Translations under genes and position numbers: made by a program
The notes under the pieces: generated by a model
Told to the model about the DNA's origin: nothing
The model's database searches: none
The model's input: only the letters and a program-made list of their open reading frames with translations
From: Sarea resinae
Taxonomy: Eukaryota
DNA: 26,094 nt
Assembly: GCA_026026165.1 (NCBI GenBank)
Contig: JAPEUD010000044.1
Coordinates: 186,001 to 212,094 of the forward strand
Reading direction: 5' to 3'
Shown: positions 11,471 to 22,676 of the stretch, piece by piece
How the letters are laid out: each line of letters begins with the position of its first letter
Position numbering within the stretch: the stretch's first letter is position 1

Positions 11471-12839
11471 CTAGACGATGGCATCGGGCTCCTCGACCCT
11501 CCGCTTGGCGGTGCCGACGCCGGAAATGCCCAGGTCCTGATTCGGGCCCAGCCAGGGCTTGACCTGGTCGCCAAAGGTGGACATCATGACGAAATAGACG
11601 AGCAGGCCGAGGATGATGAGGACAAAGGCGATGGGATACAGGGTGTGGATCTTCTCGTGCAGGACCTTGACGCCGATGCAGACGCCCCAGAAGTTGCCGG
11701 TCAGCAGGCTGATGTTAAAAAAGGCCGCGCTCGACAGCCGGAACATGATGGGGGCGAGCGAGTAGAAGAGCGAGAGCAGCAGGGTGTAGCCGACCAGGTA
11801 GCCGCCGACCTTGCCGTTCCACGTCGCGTGCGCGAACGCGTGCCGGTCGAAGATGCCGCACTGCACGCCGTTGATGATCATGCCCCAGAAGCCGATCTGG
11901 CCGACGACCTCGTAGAGCGGCCGCTTCGACGTCAGGAACTCCTCGGCCACGTTGGTGAGGCCGTAGAAGGTGGCCCCGACCAGGGCGAAGAGGTCGCCTT
12001 TGACCTGGTCCGGCACCGCGTAGTCGTTTATGTGGTGGATCTTGTCCGACGCGATCAGCAGGCCCATGCCCCCGATGCACACGAGGATCCCCACGATCTG
12101 CGTCCAGTGGTAGCGTACGTGCAGGAAGAGGAACGAGATGATCACGACCACGACGATGGCCCAGAAGTTGATCAGCTGCGCTGAGAGCATCGTCGTGTAG
12201 CGGTACGCCAGGATGGTGAAGTAATTGCCCTGGACGTCGCAGAACGAGAGGATGAAGACTGGTAGGGTAGCAAGCGTCAGTTGGATGAAGCAGAACCAAT
12301 AAGGCAGGATCCCTACACTTCCAGCCATCATAAAGGATCAATTTCGCCCATTTCTTGAACCCGTATCGGTACAGCGTGTAGCTCGTGAAGACAATGTTCA
12401 GAAACACGTAATTGAAGAGATTCTGGAACGTGGGAATGTTGGTGCCCTGGATGCCGAGCAGCGACGTGAACGTGTTGGTGCCTGTGTCGCACAGCGAAAG
12501 GACCTGCCTGCAAGTCCGTGTTCGGACCGTGTCAGCCAAGATTTTTCTATCTTCATGCACGGATCCATCTTTGTCTGCATGTCAAACGTACCCAAGCACC
12601 AAGACGATGAAGAACTGCTTTGTCTTGAAGTAGGCAAACCACTTTGGCTTGGCCTTTTCCAGCACCGGCGTCTCCGCATTCTGATCCCCGCTGGCGTCCA
12701 CGCCAAGGAACTGTGGCTCGCCATGTCCATGAACCGGGTCGGCGGATTTGGGATAGACGGTCTCGACGGTGGCAATGGGACTGTCTCTCTCGGACTTGCC
12801 GTTCATCATGTTCTCCTTGGTGACGGTGATGTCCGACAT
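11471..12839 (-). CDS. SLC35F-family (DUF914, DMT superfamily) transporter, ~408 aa; exons 12839-12592, 12507-12317, 12258-11471
   Basis: Family motifs LGQVLSLC, FCDVQGNYFTILAYRYTTMLSAQL, GDLFALVGATFYGLTNVAEEF and SSAAFFNISLLTGNFWG, with about 10 hydrophobic segments. Introns 12591-12508 (GTACGT..CTGAC..CAG) and 12316-12259 (GTAGGG..CTGAC..CAG). 248+191+788=1227 nt in frame. Confidence 0.92.
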
Positions 12840-13975
12840 GGCGAGTATTGCCCTCTAGGTCCACTCTACTGCGAGGAGTTTGTAGTTGCGCAAGGTGTAT
12901 CTCTGACGGTGAGACTGATAGGAGCTTTTCAAGTGGGTGAGTGAGCGCAAAACTCCCGAAGTCGCTCACTGTGCTTTGGAGATGTCCTGGCGAGAGAGGA
13001 ATTGAAGGCTGCAGAGGGAGGAGAGAGAAGAGATCATGGGAGCGGAGAGAAGAGATCTTGTAGGGCCACGAGCTAGTGGCAGTACTAGGAGATATGCCTT
13101 GCCTTGCCACACTTTTCCGTCGCATCGCAACAGCTGCAGGCGATGGGCGATGGACGACGGGCAGATTGGCGTATCAAGTGGGGCACGGCGGGCACAGAGG
13201 CACCAGCTGGGAGGTCGGGTGCTTTGCGTGCAGTGGTGGGGGGTTCCCGCCATTCTAGAAGCCTGCTAGGCGAATCCCACGTGCCGGACCAGGTACTTCG
13301 GCGTAGACGATACTACGTAGTACTTTCCCCTTCGTTACGTGATCCCTCATCCAGACATCTTCCCGCCCCTAAGCAGTAGTGACTGTCGTGGCCCTCCCCC
13401 ATCATACGAGACCTTTCCTCACTCGGTATGAGCCGACCATATGCAAAGTACGACTAAGAGCAAAACAATTCCCTGTTACTCTCGAGTAGAGGAAGCCCAT
13501 GGGTCCTCCTCACCCTCACCCTCCAAAAGAGAAAGCACACGACAGAGCACTGGAGGCACAGCGAGACGGACGTCAATCCCATGGTAAGGTCAGATTGTTT
13601 AGCGTAGCGTATGGTATCGTAATGGACAAGTGCCCGTGCACCCCCAAAGCCCTGCCCGCCTGTCTAGCCCAAGTCGAAGCACACAGACACAGCCCAGCCA
13701 GCCCCAAGCCAGATCCGAACCCACAGGAACAGAACCGTAAACCCAAAGACCTGTCGACTCATCATTGAGGGGAACCATCAAACGCCGAAAAATAAATCCC
13801 GAATAGAATGGAAACATCTTGGCGTCAGGAGCGATGGACTCTGGAACGGCCAGAGATAATCATATCATGAAAGTCACACATTTCAAGCCATAGATAAGGG
13901 CGCCGTTGTGGCACCCGCGCTGTTGTTGATGAGAAACGATGTAAAACGAAGGAATCTCATGGTCGGATGGCTGGA

Positions 13976-16900
13976 TCAACCGCCATCCTCGCCGCCGGAC
14001 TCGCCAGCACCACTCTTGACAGCAAGCGAAATGGCAATCTTTCTCCCCGGTGGCCCGTCTTTGCCGCTATTGATGCTCCGTTTCCTTCGCAGCATAGTGT
14101 TGCTGGTGTTCTTGCTGTTGCTGTTTGTGCTGCTGACAGAGGAGCTACGACGCTTGGTGTGGGAAAGTTTACCCAGCTCGTCGTCTTCGTCCTCTTCACG
14201 TCGGCGTTTCTCCGAAAGCCGCTCGGGCGGAGTTGACGGGACCGGGGTCGTGGCACGCGCGACATCTGATACGGATTGATTATCCTTTTGATTGGGGGAA
14301 TCGGGCAATGCTGTCGACTCAACGGACGGCTTCTCGTCTTTGGTGTCCATGCTATCCTCATCCTCATCGTCGGGATAGTCGACCAGAGGCCTGACCATAG
14401 GAGAATCACCGTTGCTGATGATTTTGTCGGAGCTATGCATCCTTCGCATTGGGATTGATTCGTCCTCGTCGTCAGACGTATTGAAGTACTCTTCCTCGGC
14501 GGCGTCCATCTCCTTGACTCCTTGCCACCGTTGACCACCATTGAGTTGCGGCCTGGTTCTATTTAGCGCATGCATCAACGAGAAAGATTGAGGGAAATAC
14601 CTTATCGGAGGGGTTTCTTCTCCCGTGTTGGCAATTTCTACATCGGGATTGAATCCTTGTATCTGATCGTATCTGTTGATGAGAGTCTGGAACGTGTCAA
14701 CGTAGGTAATGTCCTTGAGCTTCGGCCGATAATTCTCCACCACATGGAGGATAATAGGCTTGATATTCTCCTAAGCAACATTAGCATTGGCCGAATACAA
14801 AGTCCGTCGAGGCAATTACCTTTTTGATAAACTCAAACATCTCTAAGCACGCCGAGTTGAGAAGATTGTCGCGGGGCATTGTCTCGTAGACTACGTTCAG
14901 GATGGGTTCAAACAGATGGTGTTGCATGATCTGACGGTTGTAATATTCGTCCTGTAGTCCCACGCAGGTACGGAAAAATTTGAGGGCCGCTATCACGAGT
15001 CAGCTTGTTTCCCAGACAATCGTTCCAAGAGCACTCACTGAGCTTCAGATGCTTTTCTGGACAAGATAGCAATTGGGCTACCCGAGAGGAAAGGCCTTCG
15101 GACAGAATGAAGTATTTGCTTCGAAACATGTGCTGCCGGATGAAGAAACATAATATCTCGACCAAATGCGAGAACAGGGAAACTTCCTGAATGCTAAGAT
15201 TATTCACTACGCCGGCCGCATGGTTAGTCATGGTGGTGGAAATGATATGGAAGCACCCACTTTGCTCTCTATGCTCCAAATTCTTCAACGGCAGGAAGAG
15301 CTTCTTTGCTGATTCGTCGTAAAAGTTCTGAATGAATGACTCCGTCTGTGGATTTGCCTGTGCATTACCGCGGACTTTCGATAGGAACTCGCTGCTTGCC
15401 CGTCCAAGTCCCTCGACGGGCGAAATGCATTGCGGGTCTAGTAGGACTTTGATGGCGTCGGCAATCTGCGCCTTGACGCCAAGATCGACCTCGATCAGGA
15501 GCAGATCGATGAGTGTGTGCGTAAGAGGCGTGGTTTTCTCGTTGATGGCGCTCAAGATATGAGCCCGCACCATCGACGGGTCATGGTCGATCATCGCCAC
15601 AAGCACATCGGTTCCGGCAATTCTCACGGAAGCATCCTGATGCCGAAGAGCAAAGTTGATGACTGGGAACAAGCCACCCTGGATGAAGTGCTGGTAGAGC
15701 TGGGCGCGCGCGGGAGCTTGTAGGTTCTTTGCGATTGCGCAACATTGCTGTATAAAGTGAACGGCGTTCCGTTTTCGATCTTGATCAGGTTCTTCGGGTC
15801 CGAAAATGCCAAAAAGCTCCTTGAGAAATGCTGCATTGCCTTGCAAATGCTGAACGATGTCGACCTGGTTGAAGAATATGAGGGAATTGAGGACGGAGAA
15901 AGTAGGGTCATCCAGAATGCGCGCTAAAACGACGTCTTTGAGATATTGTAGTCGGTATGTGTGGTGAATTTTTCGTTTGATGATTGGATCTTCGATCCGA
16001 ACGACCTCCTTGAACTTTGACTCGTCAGAAAGATAATGCCGGTGGTTCGCCTTGTGGCTTGGGAAATCGGGATCATCTGGACTCCTTCATCAGTGATTGT
16101 CACCTATGAAAGGACCTGGTCAAGCTCACATTCCAACGCCCCAACGACGCCCAGGACAACCCCATCGGTCACGACGTATTCGATGATCGCTGTATCGTTT
16201 AACAGGATCAGAGTCTTCATGATGTTGCATAGCAGGTGAAGGTCTGTTAGACTCTCAAGGTCCTCTGCAACAGAGACTAGTGGTATCAGCTTCGATATAT
16301 AATCCTCCGTCATCAGAAATTTCGACAGCGAATCGCGACCAGGCTGGCTGTTGCTGGCGACTCGCATGATTTGTTCAATCTCAGACAGGTTTCGCAGCTC
16401 CGGTGACGGTAGCATGACCGGATTACCAAAGTTCTCGATTGCATCATCGGAGAGCGCGTCGTCTACATCCACAAGGTTAGCAGGTCTCGAGAGCCACGGA
16501 TTGCAAAACCAGCAGAGACGAACCGGGTCCAGATATCGCAATCAATTGCTGTGTCACTTGACTGATGAAGTCCCTTTAGGTTGAGAGAGGTCAGCGAGTG
16601 GCTTCGTGGTATCATGTGGAATACGAACCATATCGTCGCGCATCCTTCCGCTTCTTGAAAGCTCAAGGCCATGTCCGTGCCATTCGCCTCGGTCCACACG
16701 ATGAGGGTATCTGCCATCACGATCAGATTGCGACCTGTCAGTGTCGACGAGATGTATCACCTTGCTGTTTCTGATAGCCATCGTCCTTGCCGATCTTCGT
16801 CTCCAGTAGCATCCGATCCGGCTGATCTTCCGACTCGACGTATATCCGCGGTTCTTCCTGCTAGAGTCACATCGTCAGAACATCTGTATCAACGAAGTCG

Positions 16901-17068
16901 AGGAGACGAGGAATCCATCGGGACGATGAGCCTCAGGCAGGCAAGGCGACAAACATTGATGACATGGCCCGTGCAAAAGCCCGTTCCTCTATCAAACCAG
17001 TCGTTGTCCTTGAGCTCGTAGACCTTGACTCGCTTGCGCTCGTTCGCCGGGGGTACCATCAGTGCCAT
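13976..17068 (-). CDS. PSY2: Protein phosphatase 4 regulatory subunit 3 (Psy2/SMEK/PP4R3; EVH1 + SMK-1/DUF625 + ARM repeats), ~858 aa; exons 17068-16955, 16857-16761, 16710-16629, 16573-16524, 16462-16130, 16076-15261, 15206-15039, 14989-14820, 14770-14601, 14552-13976
   Basis: Diagnostic motifs RKRVKVYELKDNDWFDRGTGFC, YQKQQDTLIVW, DMALSFQEAEGCATIW, VVGALEYDPDFP, KIHHTYRLQYLKDVVLARILDD, RDNLLNSACLEMFEFIK and EEEYFN..LVDYPDDE. Nine GT-AG introns of 48-97 nt have consistent phases; the exons total 2577 nt. Confidence 0.95.
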
Positions 17069-17459
17069 AATGCAGAGATGGCCTGCAGTCACTCGGGTTG
17101 GGCCAACCGCAAACCCTCGGCGAAGAGTGCGACGGAAAGTCTATGCGGGGCGTGATCAAGGGACAGGGCGCGGCGGTCCTTGACGGCAACGATCAGTCAG
17201 TCTTTGGGGCTCGGCTGCCAAGCGCGCAATGACGATCGACTGGTTTTCACTTCCAACTTGATAGGCGAAACGAGAGGCGATCAGGCGACCGGCGATGAGC
17301 GCGCACGAAGCTCTGTCCCAAGGCGTGCGAAGGGGCGAAGGATGGAGGTCGGAGTGGCGGATGGCGGATGGCGGCAGAGACGGCGGCTGTCAACGTCGGT
17401 CTGCGGTGAGATGATGCAGAGAGATTTGTTGTCCGGGGCAAAGGCAGAAGGATCTGATA

Positions 17460-17496
17460 GGTGGTGGTGGTGGTGGTCGTCGTCGTCGTCGGTGGT
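17460..17496. repeat. Compound (TGG)n(TCG)n microsatellite in the Psy2 upstream region
   Basis: gtggtggtgg tggtggtcgt cgtcgtcgtc ggtggt read directly from the sequence. Confidence 0.8.
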
Positions 17497-18548
17497 AGCT
17501 GGTGCTAGGGCGTGTACGAATTACGGTGTTGCTGGCTGATGGCGCGCAAGACGCAACGCGACTCTCCAGACAGCTGGAGACTTGCGGCTCAGGGGTCTAA
17601 GCGTTGACGTGAGTTTCGGCCGACGGACGACCATCTGATACGCAGTCGTCAGGTATCCTATCATTATGAAGTACGGAGTACATGATCTGGAAGTCCCGGG
17701 GGCGCTTGCGTATCATGGATCCAATCAGACAAGGTATCGTAATCAAATTGCCGGTGTCACAGAACGGTACCTCGTCCACAAGTACTTTCGTCACTCTTCT
17801 CTGTACCTGGGATGGCATTCTGTCGTGCATCCGGTAGAAAGTCCAGAGTACGGAGTACATTGTCGGAAGTATTTTCCCGAGATTTGCCGCCAGCTGTGCA
17901 GACCTGTCTACATGAGGAAAGAGACCTGGGGATCTCCAATCATTCCGAAATGCCACGAGTCCAGAGAATTCGATGACGTGAGTGTAGGCATCAAAAGATC
18001 TAGGCATCCATGGTATGACCATATCCTGCCGTATCTGATGATGCCTAATGGCCTCTTGATTGAAAGTCGATTCATAATCAATTCGTAGGAGTATAGAATT
18101 ATTAAAATCAAAAGAATGGCAAATAAATTCCAACAGAGCTTACAAACGAATGGTACGGCCCTTGTCAGGCTCAGCAATAAAAAAAGAAAAATAACAATCG
18201 AGAATGAATGTAACAATACCCAAACGCCTAGCGCTCTAGGTATCTTTCAGAAAGGTATCCCCAGCCTGGAGACCTTACTTTGCCATTTCCCTTTCCAATC
18301 TATAATGCCCAACCATGTCTTGTCTTCTATTGCGGCCATGAACCTCTAAGATCATGCCGATACCTATCCTCTGTATAATGTCGCCAAACCTCAAAAGGAA
18401 ATTCTCGTAAAGATCGGCTGTACCTTCCCTGCCTGCCTTGGCATCCATCCAGCCTTCCCGCCCAAGAGATCGAACGAGAGAGTAAAGGAGATTCGTCGAC
18501 GCCATCAAACCCCATTCACCGGATCAATACTGTCATCAAGAGTGTCAA

Positions 18549-19338
18549 TCAAGCGTTCTTCCTCCCGAATATTCTCCTTCTCTTCTTCTGACCCTCATGC
18601 TCCTCCACATCTACAGATGCCTCAGGATCGGTATTCTCTTTCCCGTGCACCGGTAGAGGTAGGGTTGGAGGACGGTCAAGCAAAGGGGCCTCGCCGACCT
18701 TGCGATTCGTGCTCTTGTGAAGATTATTCATAACAGTGCTGTCGGAATATTTGTTCAATTCGTGGCGAAACTCGAGAACTTCTGCTGATTGTTATTATAG
18801 TGTGAGAGGATAGATGATGCAGAATTGTGTGGAGTGGACGCACGAGAAGAAGAGCCGGAAACCGTGGAATTTTTCTCGGATGTGTCAATGGAGGAGATCT
18901 CTATCTTGGTGTTAGCCTCATGTTCCGATCATCTGAAGCATGCGGTAATTGGCAGAGCATACCATGACTCGCGAGAGGGCTCCGACCGAGGCCAGAATCG
19001 TGCGGTGTAGTGTGGTGAGAATATGCTTTGATCCTACCATCACCTCTGTCGTTCCAACTCGATCCAGTATAGCTACTCGACCGTTTCATGTTGCCTACCG
19101 TCGAGAGTGAGCTGTTATTTCGGATCATGGCGCTTCTCCGCTGATATTGAGCCTTGATCTGGGTCCTGTCCTCGGCCTTCCAGCTTGATGGAGCGCCCGA
19201 GAGTGCATCCACGGCGGCATGGGTGGGAACATGCCTGTAAGGCGCTGGCTGGTCTGCGACAGTATCCGACTCCTGGACTTTGGTTTTGTGTTCGTTTGCC
19301 GCCTTCTTGGCACCTCGAATTTTCGAGAAGATGGACAT
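18549..19338 (-). CDS. Conserved-looking fungal hypothetical protein, ~221 aa, basic and disordered; exons 19338-18963, 18900-18844, 18781-18549
   Basis: ATG at 19338 (MSIFSKIRGAKKAANEHK). The block PYRHVPTHAAVDALSGAPSSW..DR..I..Q..RRS resembles uncharacterised Pezizomycotina proteins as I recall them. Introns 18962-18901 (GTATGC..GCTAAC..TAG) and 18843-18782 (GTGCGT..ATAAC..CAG). 376+57+233=666 nt in frame, ending LHKSTNRKVGEAP..KKRRRIFGRKNA. Confidence 0.82.
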
Positions 19339-22300
19339 GTTGGGAAGAATGAGGAGCGAGGTAAGAATTGGATCGACCGAGTGAGATGAAGCGTCGAATA
19401 TAAGCAGCCGGACAGGATGAACCGTGTTGGGGACGTGGTAAACAGATCGGGATCTCCAGACAGCCAATTCGGGTGTGTAGGGTGTCTCTTTCGGGCGTGG
19501 ATCACTCGACGGCGTGTCGACTAATGCAAGCGAGACGGCGTGGCGGCCACAGAAAAGCTATTGAACTCAATGCGAGACGTGGGTAGGATGAATCCGTTTG
19601 ACAGGTCGTCCTTTCTAGGGTAAGTCAGGTACTCGCGTGGTTGAGGCAGACACGAAAAGCAGAGAAGGAGACAGAAGGAGCAGAAGAAGCATTGAAGAGA
19701 AAGGAAGGAAAGGGCACAATGTTATACGCTGCTCACAGCACTGTGGATCCCGTCATTGTGCCCTTGTCGCTCTCCTCCGTCTTCGTCGATTGTCCCGTTG
19801 GATTCACGTATTCGTACCTGGATCCGTAGTCATGGAAGGTATCATACGTGTACTCCATAAGGTTCGAGGGAGGAGCCATCGAGACATTAGTCAAGACAGC
19901 CCTGGCGGCGGGCTGACAGGCTGGCCGATAGTGATACCGGACCTGATCCTGGTCTGCCCGGCGACGGCAACAACGACCACTGCAGTCAATCAATTGATTG
20001 ATCAATAGTTACTGTTGCGAGACGTGCACCTGCCAGTACGGCGTAAGAGGTAGTCGAGTCATCCTTGGGCGGCGAGATACGAACGCCTCACATAACTCAA
20101 ATGCCCTTCCACAACCTCTTCTTCCAATGAATCAAGGTCCCGTAGCGAGCTTGGTTTGGGCGTTTGGACCACAATCTGCACCCGCACTCCTTTGGGAACG
20201 GCCGCGAGCGGTCAGATTTGCCCATTGCAGACAATTGCAGGCAACTACAGCAAGCGCAGGCAATTACTATTCGCGCATTCGACGTGCGTGCGCTGGCCGT
20301 CGGTCCTGAGACATCTTGAGAAAGGTGCCTGGCTTGCAGCTCAGTTCATCACACGGCTTGCCTCTGATCTTCGTGGATCATCGGGAGTAGAGCGGAAATA
20401 GAGATTGCCCGAAGATTGGATCATACGGTAGCTGTGTGCCATCGATAGTCCCGACGACCTTTGCTATCAGGCCATCGCTTTTCAGCCATTGGTGTTGGCG
20501 GATGTCTGCTTCACCTTCTTTCAATGACTTGACCACGACGGGATCATGGGGGACTCTCCCCACCAATGGCCAGGACAGAGCCCTGGTCGTCCCGGCTTCC
20601 AGAAAACCTGGTTTCGCAATACGGCATGAGCCTTGCGTGGATGGGGACTGCGAATCAAGTTACGGCGGTATGATCTGTTGCCGCGATTTGATCATGGTTT
20701 GGGTCGGTCCATCAAACCAGATCATTTACATGTCGATGCTGCTCCTCAACAATTAGCAGCAACAGCATTCATACTCATGGTATGTATGGTATGCGCATCA
20801 GGACTGGGCTCTGGGATATAGATGAAGACCCGCAGATACGGATTACTCGTGGGACAGAACGGCAGCGCTCAGTGCTCTGTACTCAGGTAGGTATGTAAGC
20901 AATAACACGTACCGGACGCTCCAGCTTTCGTCCTCCGAGCGAATTGGTGGGGGAACTGCGAAATGCGAATGCGTGCAGGTGCTGGGCCTGGCGAGAGCAG
21001 CTATCCGTGGACAGGCATAGGCTCGAGGATAAGCTCGCCTATCTCATTATCAGTTTACGCATTATTACCTTGACCGTCATTGGACACCGATTGCCGTCCT
21101 CATGGACTCGATGGTTGCCTTTAGCTTTCCTCCCAGTCATCCTTTGCCCTTGCTTCGTTGACCGATGGTTGAGGCTATGCCCTACTCCATTCTCCTTTGC
21201 ACTCTTCTTCTGCATGAAGAATCAATTGCATCCCGTAACCAAACTCGGCACGCCTGCATGAAGTGACGTCTGGCTGTCTGCCTTCCTGGATTCTTGAGCA
21301 ACGACAACGCAGATGCAATATCCCCAGCTCGTCCGATCTGCTCTGCAAGGTAGCCAGGTGGCGACAGGACTATTTTGAGACAGACAGACCGAGAGACTGC
21401 CCAATTGCTTTGGCTTGCTTCGCCTTGTGCGAACTAGTGGATCTTCTGCCTTCCCTACAGGCAGTGTCAGCGATGCAAGCCATCGCCAGCCATCAATGGC
21501 TACCTTACCCTGTGGCCAGGGTCCCTTATCCACTTGCCTGCATTTGCCTGCTCTCATCGGGTGCTCGCTTAATCGGATGGGCCTAAAGGATGAAGCTATG
21601 GCACCGGAGCGACTTGGATGAGTTCTATGCACCTCGCTTTGCAGCCGATTGAATATCCATCCATTCAACATCGAGAATATCGATTTTCTCCATGCCTACG
21701 GAGTGGTTGATCCGCCTCAAGCCCCCGGGGTAGCTTGACTAGCCTGCCCGCCCTCGTCAACCTCGGAGCTCCTACACACGCAATCAAGCGCCCTATTAAC
21801 GTGGTACCTCAGTCGCCAAGCCGGCCAAGCTTGTCAAATCCATCAGTCCAACCTACGCCTCGATCAGGTCAAAAGCCTCGATTCCGCCAATTTACTCTCT
21901 TCCGGCACGGTGTTGTCTTGAAAAGTACAAGCTGAAGAGCAGCAAGCAACAGAGGAAGACGTGGCCATTGACTCATGCCACATGGCTACACACACGTACG
22001 AAGTACACGTGCTGTCTCGAAGCAAAAACCCCGGCCCTCCTACCTAAATATAGCATCCTACTGCGCAGTAAGCGAGGAGGAACAGACTCCTAATTAGGTA
22101 TCTTCACCACAACATCACGATTGTATTTACACACTGACGCTCCAGCCAAGCTCTGGAGGCGGAGGCTGAGGCGCCTGCCCAACAAACAACACCATGGACA
22201 AAGAGACCGGCAAATCCTTTAGTGACTCGTCCGATGATTGGACTATCCGATCCTTCGAGCTTTTGAGTTTTCTACTCGTTCGCGTACCTTGTTCTAGATG

Positions 22301-22353
22301 CAAACGACGCTGTGTTACGACTGCTTACTGCGCAGTATTCGCTCAAATTCTAA

Positions 22354-22379
22354 CAGGCGATAGCTTCAGGCGATAGCTT
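22354..22379. repeat. 13-bp tandem duplication CAGGCGATAGCTT x2
   Basis: Exact copies at 22354-22366 and 22367-22379. Confidence 0.85.
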
Positions 22380-22676
22380 CGGCCAATCACTCACGTGCCC
22401 AACGAACGCGCGTTTTCGTGATATACAGCAGTATCGATATGCTATGATACAACATGAAGACATTGATGGTAGATGAGCTATGCAAGGTATCAATAGATGC
22501 AACCTCAAGGCTAGGAGAAATATATTTACAAACTCCATCCTGTATGCAAAGGATAACGAGGAAAGCAGGATTGAGACAACCGAAAGGAATAGTAGGTAGT
22601 AGGTATGCAGACAGGTAGGGAAGTAGCGACCTTACATTAGGTAGGTAGAGATAGACAGACTGGCTGGGATGTCGAC

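Noticed and set aside
11399..12184. 261-aa + strand ORF
   Set aside because: In-register antisense shadow of the high-GC3 SLC35F exon 3.
17597..18133. 178-aa (-) and 140-aa (+, 17666..18088) ORFs
   Set aside because: No recognisable family. The repeated MYSVL/YGVH peptides are translations of the non-coding AGTACGGAGTACAT motif.
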